Assembly (NCBI GenBank): GCA_022605425.2
Contig: CM061246.1
Coordinates: 1,302,001 to 1,366,000 of the forward strand
DNA from: Hamiltosporidium tvaerminnensis FI-OER-3-3
Taxonomy: Eukaryota > Fungi > Microsporidia
Reading direction: 5' to 3'
Length of the DNA stretch: 64,000 nucleotides
Shown here: positions 23,796 through 36,050 of the stretch, piece after piece
How the letters are laid out: every line of letters starts with the position of its first letter
How positions within the stretch are numbered: the stretch's first letter is position 1
Program-made: the position numbers and the translations under genes
Notes under the pieces: model-generated
What the model was told of the DNA's origin: nothing
The model's database searches: none
The model's input: only the letters and a program-made list of their open reading frames with translations

Positions 23796-25307
23796 TTATA
23801 AACCATCCATTCTTTCGAGAATATCTTCATTTATTAAAAAACATTTCCAACCCAACTTTATTGGTAGTTCCAAATTTTTTTCTTTGTCATCGTAAAAATA
23901 AATGGTAAACTTTCTGTAAAACAAAAAATTCGTAATTAAATTATATGAATCTGCATTAGGCTTATTGATAACATCTTGTTCACCAATGTAAGATGAAAAT
24001 ATTGCATCAAAATATTCTAGCAATCCTATCGCATTTAAACATTTGATTGCATGTATATGAGAACCGTTAGTGAAACATATTTTTCTTGATTTTATTCCTT
24101 TAAAGATTTCAATTACACTAGAATTTTTATCAAGTTTATCATTGTAGGGAATATTTCCATAGAAAATTTCATGAATGTTTTCAAATGATATTTTTCTTAT
24201 TTTAAATATTTCTATCAAATATCTTGTATTAGATTTTTTAGACTTTTCATAAAGATTTTTGAACAAACTTTTATTTATTCCTAATAAATCTGAAAAGGAA
24301 TCCACATTTGTATGAATATTTTCAACAAGACCAGTATTCTTTTCGTACAATGTATCATCAAGATCAAATATAATTACTTTATCATTTAAAAGTAATTCAT
24401 TTGGTTCACAATCAATATTATTAAAAAATAAAATATTAGAAAATATTTCTATTTCTGGATTACTATAATCTGATATCAAATGATTTATACTTTTCGTAAA
24501 GTTATTTACTTTTTTTAACAATTTATCATGAATTTTAAATGTAGCAGGAAAACTTCGTTCAAATGTCTCATACAATTCTATACTTGTTTTACCCTCTTCA
24601 CTTGTTTCAGTTAAATCTCCGATATATTTATTCGCAGTGCTGATTTCTAGAATTTCATTTTTAGAAAGTTCTTTAAAAAAATTGAAATTTTCTTTAGTAA
24701 AAGAGTCATAAAGACATTTAAACAATTTGAATTCTTTAATATATTTTAAAGAATTCATTTCATGACATTTGATTTTGTTCTGCGAATCTTCGTTAGAAAA
24801 CGGAAGTGATTCTGAGTTCTTATTAGTTTGTAAAAAACTTAATATTTTTAACAAATCTTTACTTTCTGCTAGAAATACACTTAAATAGTCTTCCATAAAT
24901 ATCGATTTTTTATTTCTTGTCATACATTTTTTAAATAAAAGTATATTTTTTTCAAATACAGAATTTACTGTTTCTAAAAAGGCCATCGCCTTAAATTTGT
25001 GAGAAAAAAAATATTTTTCATGACTTCTATTTAAAAGAAAATGATCCACTCTTTTCTCACTTTTTTTAATGTCGTATAAAATTTCAACACCAAATGAATT
25101 CTTCAAAAATATCTTTTTCTCTGTTTCTGATAAATTTTTGTTAAAAATTATAAAGTTCTCAAGGTTAATCCAAAAATTTTCGACATAAAGAAAAGAGATA
25201 CAAAATAAAAGCTTGTTATCTGCAAATCGTGTAAAATATTCATCGAAATCAATTGAATATACAAACGAAAAAAATATCAAAAGTGTAACTGCTTTATCGA
25301 ATTTCAT
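23796..25307 (-). CDS. signal-peptide protein with a C-terminal HAD pyrimidine-5'-nucleotidase-like (SDT1/PHM8-type) domain
   Basis: N-terminus MKFDKAVTLLIFFSFVYS. HAD motifs I DLDDTLY, II FTNG (HAIKCL..IGL..YFD), III KP and IV YDD..NL...KLGW. Confidence 0.8.
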   Translation of the reverse strand: MKFDKAVTLLIFFSFVYSIDFDEYFTRFADNKLLFCISFLYVENFWINLENFIIFNKNLSETEKKIFLKNSFGVEILYDIKKSEKRVDHFLLNRSHEKYFFSHKFKAMAFLETVNSVFEKNILLFKKCMTRNKKSIFMEDYLSVFLAESKDLLKILSFLQTNKNSESLPFSNEDSQNKIKCHEMNSLKYIKEFKLFKCLYDSFTKENFNFFKELSKNEILEISTANKYIGDLTETSEEGKTSIELYETFERSFPATFKIHDKLLKKVNNFTKSINHLISDYSNPEIEIFSNILFFNNIDCEPNELLLNDKVIIFDLDDTLYEKNTGLVENIHTNVDSFSDLLGINKSLFKNLYEKSKKSNTRYLIEIFKIRKISFENIHEIFYGNIPYNDKLDKNSSVIEIFKGIKSRKICFTNGSHIHAIKCLNAIGLLEYFDAIFSSYIGEQDVINKPNADSYNLITNFLFYRKFTIYFYDDKEKNLELPIKLGWKCFLINEDILERMDGL

Positions 25308-26486
25308 AGATCCCTCAATTTATTGAAAATTTTATAGGAAAAAATTTCAAAAAACTTTAAAAATTAATTATAACAAATAAAAAACTGATTAAAAACTAAA
25401 ATGGTAAATTAAATTTGTTATTTTTTTTTATAAAATTTTTGCAGTTTAATTAAATTGGTTTTAAAATGTAAATAAACCAAAAAAATGATTCAAATTTTAG
25501 TATAAAAACATAAATAGCTCATAATACTTTTGCTGATTTTTAAATAAAAAACAAATTAAATTTTTTTTTAAATAGATTTTTTCAAATTTTAATTGATATT
25601 TTTTAAAAATTTTTGAATTTAAAATTTAACAGAATGAATTTTTTTTGATGGTTTTCATTAAAATTTTGTTTTCCGAACAAGTTTATAGTTTAATGATTGT
25701 AATTAGTGTATACACTAAAACAATATCATATGATTTGCTTCTATCTAATGTGGATTATTTCAAGTCGCTAAAATAACTTGAACTAACCTTGTAGAATAGA
25801 TTCTGAAAAGCATGTATTTGGGAATTAAACTTAAAAACCGAATACATGGTATAATCAATATAAAATTATCTATCAAGTATAAAGTTAAATAACCAACTCG
25901 TTCTAAGGCCAGAAAACTTTGGAAATTTCCTTAAGCTTTTTTAATATAGGAAACTAAAGAAGTATAAACTCATGATCAATAAATTATGATATATTCATAT
26001 TATAGTTAGAAGTATTTCCAATGATATAGTTTGACACAATATTTTAGAAACTATCATAATCTTTACTTTATATTCACCAGATACCAGATAAAATACAAGT
26101 ATATGTTAAGTTAATAACACAAAAAAAACAAAATTAATTTTAGTGATCTATATAGAAGATTAGAACTGAAGATAATACCTGTAATAATCAGCAAATGATA
26201 CAGGAATATAATATAGAAGGTGAAATTACCTGCCTGTCCTTTACTGCCATTTGACACACGACAATAAACAAAGAAAATGGTAAGCAAACAAACAAGAGAT
26301 TATTTACAGATTAAATGTAAATATACTACTAAAAATTCATGATTCGACTCAAAATATAAAAAAGGTGTCAAAGCCAAGGCAGAAGCAAATAAAACAGAAA
26401 ACAGGCTGATTAAAGAAACATAACTTTCAAGGAAATGTCTAATATATTACTAAATAAATTATTTTTTATTTTTTAATTTAGTCTGA

Positions 26487-27198
26487 AGGGAAGATAACCA
26501 CATAAAAAACTATCTGCTTAACAATAGCTATGCTAGATTGAAACAAAAAATCATTGTTTGGATTTTTGGTCGGAATGAAACCTCACTCATCTTCAGTTGT
26601 TGCATGGGAGTTGTTATGAGAAGGAGAGGTCTAAAAAATAGCGAAACTTTTTATAAAAATTAATTTGTAGTTTTTTATGTAACTAGATTGCAGACCGCAG
26701 CTAAACATGTAGGTAATTGCCATGTAAAAGCATGAAAACCTAGGCTTGCTCACTCGGGTTAGAAGACTTAGGGCCTGGGAGATATAAAAATTAAAACCAT
26801 TAAAAGCCGGGAGAGCTAAGTAGCAGGTTATACCGGTTGTAATGACATTGCGCTTTCTAAATAAATCCTATTATAGTCTCTGAAATACATCTTAAATAGA
26901 AGTTTTTGGGTTCAAAAGTTTAGAGTAAGTAAGAATGCTGCTTGTCTTGGGGGAGCCCAGGGTGAGCTTCGGCTTCGATCAGACCATATGAAACAGAAAT
27001 TAACAAACACCGGGCAAATTCCTCGCTAATAATTAGGTTTTACACATCTGGTAGATGAAAAACTTATGGACCTGGGTATCACAGAGTGTAGTGATAGCGT
27101 GTTGGGGTAGCAATTATTTATGATAAACCTATAACTGCGTTAATGTAATGAAAACAAATATAACACTTGCCATTGTTTTAAAAAAGATGTGATACTTT
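26487..27198 (+). repeat. dispersed element family A, copy 4
   Basis: Colinear with copy 1 over its whole length and has the same ends. Confidence 0.92.
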
Positions 27199-27529
27199 TA
27201 AATAAAGTTTTTGAATTTTTTGATTTAGATAACATGAAATCCCAAAAGCTTAGAATCGAAATAATTTATTATCCTGAAAATGAACTTATTTATAGAACTT
27301 AAATTTATCTGCAGTTTAGTATATAAATAGAAGTATCTGTTTGATTATTAAGTGAAAACACAAAGTAAAATTAATATTGTGCAAAATTAACCCGAGTCTT
27401 AGAATATACATTATCGTTAGAAGTTTATTTATTTACCTAGTAATTTCCACACTTTAAAGTTATCTAATTAAAAATTGTTGATATGTTTGCTATTCATAGA
27501 AAATATTAAAAAAAATATTATTAAGACTA

Positions 27530-28030
27530 TCATGAAGGCAAAATGGTTAATACCATGCGATATGCATCTTCCTTATTGTGATAATATTTTTCGATCAAAT
27601 CGGTGTTTTTGAAACCAAATTTATTGCAATAAAGATTAATTGCCAAGTTATTTGATACTCTTACATTTAAAATTAAATTTATAGAATTTATATGAGACAT
27701 ATTTTCTTTTAAATAATTCTTTACTGCTTTAATTCCATTTTCAATCAACCTTTTTCCTATTCCACGATTTCTGTATTCAAAATCTACACATAAAGAAGTA
27801 ATATATGCCAAATTTATGTCTAAATCTTCTTTTTCTAATTTTATCAAAATATATCCAACTATTAATCCATTATCTACGGCTACAAAAGACAAATCAGGAT
27901 ATAGTGTTAATATATAATAATATAGTTTCATCTTGTAATTTTCTGGTAAGTTTTTTGTATTTATTTCCTGAACAGATTCAAGATCTGAATAATTCATTTT
28001 GCGTATTTCAACCATCATAAGCAAGGGCAT
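27530..28030 (-). CDS. ARD1: N-terminal acetyltransferase catalytic subunit, ARD1/NAA10-like
   Basis: Motifs NLPENYKMKLYYY, GYILIK, YITSLCV...RNRGIG, LNVRVSNNLAINLY and KYYHNKEDAYRM. The true start may be 28018, just after a CCC motif. Confidence 0.85.
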   Translation of the reverse strand: MPLLMMVEIRKMNYSDLESVQEINTKNLPENYKMKLYYYILTLYPDLSFVAVDNGLIVGYILIKLEKEDLDINLAYITSLCVDFEYRNRGIGKRLIENGIKAVKNYLKENMSHINSINLILNVRVSNNLAINLYCNKFGFKNTDLIEKYYHNKEDAYRMVLTILPS

Positions 28031-28380
28031 CCATGTTTAGACGAAAAATTTGTTAAAATTCAATTTTCTTTAAATTTGGATTGTTACATTTGTATATTTT
28101 CTATGTATTTTTTGTTTTTTGGTTATTTTTTTAAAAGTTGAAGAATAATTTTTGATTTATATTAAATATAAGAAAGAGGCTACATTGGTTGAAAATATAT
28201 ACGAATTTAAGAAATGTAATAGAAGAACTAAAGAATACGATAAAATCTGGTAAAATAGTCATTTGATTTAAATAAAATTCTTCTAACCTGATTATTATAG
28301 ACATAAATAGAAATTGAAACTTTTGAATAATCGTATTTATTTTTTAAACAGTAATTTGTTAAAATTTTTATAACCCATAA

Positions 28381-28805
28381 ATGGGTGAACTGCTTCTTAT
28401 AACAAACATAGAAGATGATATAATATTTAAAAAAGAGTTTGATATTATGAATGACAAAGAATATTGTTCTCTTTTTATGCTGGGATATTCTAGTCTCGAT
28501 ATTATTGAAGAAATTAGGTTTTCGACTGTAAAAACATTTTTTAAGTCGTTAGATACACAAAGTAAATGGGATGTTAGTGTTTATTTTTTACCTTCTGGTT
28601 TTAAACTCATATATATTAATGAAGATTCGGAAGAGAAAAGAGTTTATGATTTTATGAGTAAAGTTCATATTTTGTTGCGAAAGGTAAGTTTTATTATTAA
28701 TTTAAGATTATTATGGCTCCTATGTTTGATTATAAAGATGTTATTGAAAATATTTGTTTTGATGATACCATATCTAAAGCATATGCAGAAATAGTCAAAA
28801 AATGA
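28381..28805 (+). CDS. TRS20: TRAPP subunit TRS20/sedlin family, 133 aa, 2 exons (28381-28683, 28707-28805)
   Basis: Motifs YSSLDIIEE, FFKSLD...WDVSVYFLPSGFKLI and FMSKVH. Splicing GTAAGTTTTATTATTAATTTAAG gives K/IIMAPMFDYKDVIENICFDDTISK, resembling the sedlin MNPFY...I.S..FD.KV tail. Confidence 0.8.
28684..28706 (+). other. 23-nt spliceosomal intron
   Basis: GTAAGT donor and TTAAT-TTAAG acceptor; removal restores a family-like C-terminus. Confidence 0.85.
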
Positions 28806-31279
28806 ACGGATTGGCATATTTTTAAATGATTAAACTATATAGACTAGATTAAGTCTTATGTTTTTATGTTTGGGTTACCTTTGTTAAATTGCTTGGTTCG
28901 TTTATATTTGATTAAATTTCGAGAATAAAAATGTAAAAAATACGTATTTTAAATAAAAAGATAATCAGAGTATATGCTAATTAGAATTGTTACATCAATT
29001 TTCAGGTTTTCATATTATTAAATTTTACATATATTTCGAAATTATTGTTGCAATCACAATAGTATATCCATTAAATTCACAAAAAATATTCAATGTTTTC
29101 AGGTCCGATATTGTGAGTCTTTTTATCGTGAATTTATAAATGTGTCTTTTTCTATATTTGTAGATATAAGGATTAATCTAAATGCTTGGGTATGCTTTAA
29201 TAACATGGGTAGTTGTTTATTTTTCTTGATACGTTTTTTTGTAAACATATTGTATATTTATCCTATAATATCATAATTGCTTACTCCGGCGAAATTTCAA
29301 GGTTAAAATAGATGTATGAAGCAACCACATAACATATATGAAGAACAGTAGTAATAGGAATGAAAGTATTGCATTTTAATCTCTTATTTATTCCTCGTTG
29401 TTCAAAAATTATTTTTTTACTTTCATTCACATTTGAGTAAAAATATTGCTTTTGAAAACATTTCAACAAAAATATATTTAATTAACTTAAAATAGAATGA
29501 TCGGAAAGTAATGTTCCCGTGAATTTAATCAGAAAAAAAATAATATAACCAAACAAATTAAAACGGGTTTAAAGAGGAAGATTATGTTTTTTTGGATGTT
29601 TTAACATATCCAAGAGACCTCCGGCTCGGGAAACTATTCAAAACACCATCTATTTTCCAACAAAATATAGTTTTCGGAATGACAGCCTGATTGCATGACC
29701 CCTTATCTTCATCTCTTTGCTCGAATACTTCTGTGCGAAAACCGAACAGATAGCAGAACAATTTTCACTACTGCTGCTATCTCAGAATAAATTTGGAAGA
29801 TAATCTTACACTCGATACCAGACTCTCATAAATTGTTATGAAAAAACGTCTTCGATCTATTCTAATAATAGTACATAAAAAAATTGAGAAAATGCTAGAA
29901 ATCGATGTTCAAAAACCTGAAGTATTTAATTGTGAAATTTTGTTGTCAGCTGATATCTCTGTGTTAATTAACTAGCGCTCAATGAGGCAGAAAGTTCAAT
30001 AAACCAATATGGGAATGGAAACAACACAGCATCTCCTTTTTATCGCTTAGCCAAATTCACAGATGTAAAAAGACGTTAGATTGTTCTAATAAAGGTTTAG
30101 GCATATAAAATCCAGAAAATCTGAACCGTAATGTTCCGAATTGTAAAGCTTCCAAATTAAATGCAAATGCAAATTTATGGATTTGATTAATGTATTAGCG
30201 GGTAAAAATGCAGAATCTTACAGTCAGAGGAGAATAATTGAGATCATAGGCATTATACAGCAGATGCAGATACGCTAAGACAGGCTAAAACATAAATAAT
30301 AGTTCGGATTTGTTTGAGGATAAATATAGGGAGCTGAATTTTCTAATATACGTTGTTGAATGCCTATTTGAGAAGACTTGTAAAATGGTAAAATTCCCCA
30401 ATATAGGGAAAAAAACTTTTCCATATATCGCAGCTCATTTGTTAAACGAATCAATAAAAGTGATCCATCGTCGACTTTTTAAGAAGAATGATTCGACAAA
30501 TTTCTCCTTAAAAAATCACGATGTACGATACTAGAAACCTATTATAAAAAAATAATTTGTTTTTGAGCCATTTCGAAGTTAGTTTATCGGGCCTATCTGA
30601 GTGTGTTGAATCTTAGCTCCGAACAGTTGTGACAAACTCGTTAGCTTTTAAATTGCAATAAAAATCAAAATCTGGACACAATCGAGTATGATGATAATTT
30701 ACTTCGTTCTATAAGATAATTCTACGATTATGTTTATTTCACTGATGAACTCTCAATATTATTAATTGGCTGTCCGATTGGAAATCTACTGGATTTGATT
30801 GTATTTGAGATTTCTTTTTCAAGAAACATACACCTTCCCTAAATATCTTAATGATGTTATGAAAGTATATTTTCAGAAAATGAACTTTAGACTGATTGTT
30901 CTGAATTAGGCTTTTGTATTTGATGCTGAAAGAAACACTAAAAAACCGTCACAAAGGAAAACATAGAAAGCTCAACACTTATAACTCAACTGAAAAGTGT
31001 GAAGAGAATGTCGAAGAGTTTTAGTTTTATAGCAAGAGTCGCTTGCTGAAACCTTACTAGGGATGGTATGATTTGAGAAAATAAGGAAATAGCAGGCCGT
31101 AATGTAATTTTAAAATGAGCACAAAAATAAGTTGAGGCTAGTAGATTGATGTAAAAAACTATGAATCTGTTTATCATGTTTATTTGAATCAATGTTTCAA
31201 AAAAATATTTTACTCGATTAGATCCTTAAATTTATTATGGTAATTATATCATCTGAAAAAAAGTTCAATCAGTAGAGCC

Positions 31280-33110
31280 TGGAAAAATTGTGAACAAGGA
31301 GGTATATAGAAGATAGTTCAAAGTTATAGCTTGTCACTTTTCTTTCTGTTTTATATATGGATTCTTATACCTGAAAATTAGATAAAAAGTACACAAACGA
31401 GGCATTGTATGAAGATAAGAGTTAAACCCCACCCAATTATATTTTTTTGAATTTATGATCTTGGCTGATTTTCACTAAAAGTATAATGCTGAAATTTATG
31501 ACAGGATGGGCTAAATAAATTTTTATGGTGTTTGAATTGGAGATAAACAAAGAATTTATTCACATTTGATATTTTTTGTGTGTATTTCGGCTATTCTAAA
31601 TTTTTTTGTGGTTCAAAACATTTAAAAATCATTGAAAATTTCAAAGATAATCCGACATGTAACTAATAAAAAGAAGTGCAGAAAATGTGAAAACAAGATA
31701 ATAAAGACATATTTGTTTAGATAGGATGCAAAGGTCTACGTATGCAATTTATACATCCAATATTGTCAATCAAATATTAATGCAAATACTTCCGCTTGAA
31801 GCTGCAACTTTTTTAATTAAGATAATGTAAGGCGTTGAAGAGAAGCAAATAATAAAATTCAATGCATGCTGGTTGTAAAAAGCGTCTGGGATTTTGGAAA
31901 AAAATTTGAACAATATTTACATGGTGCAGAGTACAAAAATAAACACGTTATTCCACAACCTTTAGATTTCATTAAAAATTTAAAAAAATATCTACCACAA
32001 GAGCAACAATACTAATGGTTGAGAATAATAAAAAAAACTCGACTTTCACTGATAACAGAGGTTTTAAGAAGTAAATATGATTTCGTAGAAGATATCAACC
32101 AATTTCTTTGGTTGAAAGACAACTGGCTAATTTTTATAGCGAAATTGAAAAACGAGGAGTACTTTCGAAGTTATATAATGAAGAAAATATAAGCGCTGGG
32201 TGTTATTGACGCTTCGAGAGGACTAAAGTAAGGAGATATAAAGCCACGTGATAAATAATGTTTTCTGTATCCGGATAGAAATGTATTTTTGGAAGAAGAG
32301 AAGGCATTTTCGACACAGCCTTTCGCTTGATAAAACAGTGATACAACCGCAACTCGAAGATATAAAATGCTAAATCATATCTATACCAGATGGCACAAAA
32401 AAGGGGTACGAAGCCGAAGCTTATTGCTTCTAAATAGATATAATTTTAAGGGCATAGAACGAATAAGGACTCGGTTCACGAACTGTATATAAAGAGTATG
32501 CAAAGTTAAGATCTACCTCAGAATAATATCATATTTTAAGATTTGAAATAATAGAATCGAAATATATTCTGAGATAAGAATAAAAACAAAAATTTTGATA
32601 GAAGTAAAAATTATATCCCAAGATTTTACTTCAAATTATTGAAACAATGAATCAAGGAGTATGATATTTTGGTAAAAGACTCGAATCTTATTTATTTATG
32701 TAATGTTGAGATAATATCTTGTGCGACTATAAGAGAAGTGATTTTACAAATACCACATGACATACCTGAATAGATTGCAAATGCCTATAAATATAGGGAT
32801 ACATTAAGAAATAGTACCAAAAGAAGACATAAAATTTGTTTTCTATTAAAGACAAAAAGCACAAGGATCAGAACTAAACGCTGAAAAAATCTCATACCGA
32901 ACATCAATAGATAACATGGGGTGCGAAATAATATGAGCAATATACTCTATATGAAAAACCAAGTAGCCAAGATTATTCGAAAAAATTGAATAAAATTGCC
33001 TACTGCTTATTCATAGGGCCATAAGTATTTTATAGTAACCAAGATAATATAATTTAAGATCATATTTTATAGGAGAAATAAAGAACCAAAAGCCAGAAGA
33101 AAATGTATAA
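31280..33110 (+). mobile_element. heavily decayed R4-type non-LTR copy (RT thumb to 3' tail)
   Basis: Colinear remnants of LEINKE, LRLEPA, GCKERL, ENNNKTHLSL, DRNVF and EIIP similar to 54760-56600. Confidence 0.75.
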
Positions 33111-33869
33111 AAGCAAGGAAATCGTTTTAAATTTAAGACATAATTTAACAGGCACTAATTCTATTGATTTCAAATTAAAGCTGAATTACATTATTTATTT
33201 TTCAATTTAATCTTATTTTCAAAAACAGTTTAAAGTTTTATCAAAACTTCATTTCGCAATTTTTAAATCTACTGCATAAAACATTTATTAAATTTGTTAG
33301 AAATTCGAAAAATGTAATTTTAGCGATAATGTTAACAACTTCGAAAATTAAAAAAATGAAATCTAGTAAAATTTAAATTTTTTACAAATTAAAACTTGAA
33401 AAATACAAAGAATCTTTAATATGTTATTTAGGAATAATTAGCTATTAACAAATTATTCTTGATAAAAATCAATTATACTACAAGAATACCTATGATGCTA
33501 AATATTTTAAATCTAAAATATTTAATGCTAATGTCCAAAAATAAAGAAGTTAATTTAATTTTTTCATTTAGTAACCATTCTTGGTAATTAAAGTTTGGAT
33601 ACACACTAGAATAAGGCAATTTTTTGATATCTTAGGACCGAATACGAACTTCAATAGAAAATCGTGTTATTCAAGTTTATAATGTAATGAATCAAAAGAA
33701 ATTATAATCGAATTATTCCAAAACCGCCGAAGCCTTATACTCTCCTTGAAATTATAGTGAAAATATGCTTATTTTCTATAAACCTAGTAATTTTTGTAAA
33801 TATATAAACAAATTAAATTAAATATTAAACTTTTAAAACATATTTAATAAAACTTATTTTAAGTAATAA

Positions 33870-36050
33870 TCAATTTTTGACATCCAAAGTATATTCTGGT
33901 GATTTTATTTTATTTTTATATAATCTTTTCCAGCCAATAGAAATGATTTTGTTATCAAACAAAAGATCTTCATATTGCCTTGATAAATAAGAACTCAAAC
34001 ATATTTCTGATAGAAAAATGTCATTTAAAGTTAAATGTTTATATGAAACACTCAAATCAGTATTTAAATTTAAATATTTTTCGCGCAAATAGGCTAGATT
34101 CTCTGAAATATAACTACTTTTGTTTGCAAAAACCTTAATCTTATCAATAATTTCCAAATTAAGTTTTACGGTTGAAATTCCTAGAAAAAAAGTTTTCATC
34201 ATGAAATGTGTTTCATTAAAAAAAAGTTGTTGAGAATTCATTTTTAGATTTAAAATATTTAAGGATAGCTTTAGAAAGGTATTTAAAACAATAATATTCG
34301 AATTAAATTTATATTCCAGAATAAAAGATGCTAAAACTAGTAGATAAAATCTAAAATATGATTTTTGGTTGAGATAATGGTGTTTATGATGCGTTTCAGA
34401 GCTGAAATCAAGGATTATAAATATAATATAGAATTGAGTTCTTAATTTACCATTTTTCATTCCAAGCAGTAATTTTGAGAATAATCTTTGTATAAAAAAA
34501 ATTTTGAGATATTCTTCTTTTATTTCATCATTAAAAGACGTACATTTAATATTCTTATTACATTTTGAAATTTTTATACCTTTTAAGATCTCAAAACTGA
34601 TGTTTTTAAGTTGATTTGAAATAATCGAAAGAATGAAATAAACATGTAGGCAATGGTTTGATTCAATATATTCGGACAACCTGCTTTCATAATACGCCAC
34701 AAATTTTATAAGTTCATAAAATAAACCAAAATTCTCTTCATTCTTTATTTCTAATAAAATGCCTTCCATTATCTCATATAAACATATTATTTCGTATTGT
34801 GAGACATAGCCAGGAAAATATTTTTCATAAAATAAAAGACTTTCAGCAACATCTAGTACATCTTTAAATTCTTTCACTGAATTTATTATTATTGAATTGT
34901 AATTTTCTATATGATCATTAATATATTTATTCCAACCATAATAAAATATATAATTATAAATTTTCTTCGAGTACATTGATTCAAAGGATATACTTTCGGT
35001 ATTTAAATCTTCTATTTCTGAAAATAGACTTGTAACGAGAGACAAAAAATATTCATAATTTCAGTAATAATCCTTTATGTGTCTATTGCTAAACCTGGTC
35101 AAAGTTTTTCTAGCCTGTTCAGTAAAACTTGATTTTGTTTCGACTGTGCAAATATTTTCTTCACTAATATTCTCCACCTCTGATATAACTGATGCTGCAT
35201 CTTGAGATAAAGAAGAAGCTTCATCACTTGAATCTGATGCATTACGTCGCTTTTTGGGCTTGATTTGTTGGCTTATTTTATTATCAAGTCTTCTTTTTCT
35301 AATTTCGGAATGGTTTATCACAGAAGAAGAATATGTCTTGTTTGAATCGGAAAAAGATTGTATTGAAGATATGTTACAGTTATTTGGTATCGTGGAATTC
35401 TGTAATGACACATTTTTTTGATTTGAAGACAATTCTGTATGGTTTAAACTCAAGGAATAATCATAGCTTTCGATTGGAAGTGTGTTACAGATATGGTTTT
35501 GGGCCGGGTACGATGTATTTGAAGCAGAATTTGCAAATTCTGCGATATTTTCAGAAAATATAGAATCTTTCACCGGCGTATAATTACAAAAACAAACTCT
35601 GAAAGCATCACTATATATTTTATCATTGAAATAATATTTATCAGAACACAAACTGACTGAATAATTTTTGTCTGTTGTAGAGGAAGTTTGATTGCAATTA
35701 GTGCATTGAAGCTCTTCGTGAAAACTATCAGTTGGAATAGGTATATATGATTCAAGATCGTTGAAAAAATTATAAGAATAGAGATCATCTTCAAAAGATG
35801 TCGAATTTTGAATTTCATGGCTGGTTTCGGGTGTAAATAATTCAAAATTTTGATTATATTGTTCATCGAATATTGCATCATCATTGAATTCGGTGTAAAT
35901 ATGTTCAAAAATATTCATATTCTGAGAATTCCCATCAGATTCAATCTGTGAATTTCCATCATAACTCAATAAGCAGGTATTTTCTTGACTAGCAATTAAA
36001 TGTCTTAAAAATGATATAAATAAATTTTGCATGATACAAAAATTTTTCAT
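33870..36050 (-). pseudogene. 727-codon frame split by a single in-frame TGA (35061-35063); unknown protein with Ser-rich N-half and basic NLS-like patch
   Basis: Reads ...HIKDYY-TGA-NYEYFLSLVTS... in one frame; contains KRRLDNKISQQIKPKKRR. Confidence 0.65.

Noticed and set aside
26487-27198. Family A as a protein-coding family (including TAA/TAG read as Gln) or as telomerase RNA (CTAACCC)
   Set aside because: One-nt indels between copies and stops in all frames examined; CTAACCC is a single short match with no other support.
17955-35063. Alternative genetic code (TGA as sense) suggested by two lone in-frame TGAs
   Set aside because: TGA terminates CTP synthase, ARD1, TRS20 and the deacetylase at the expected positions, and the OGG1 TGA corresponds to Leu TTA in the paralogue.
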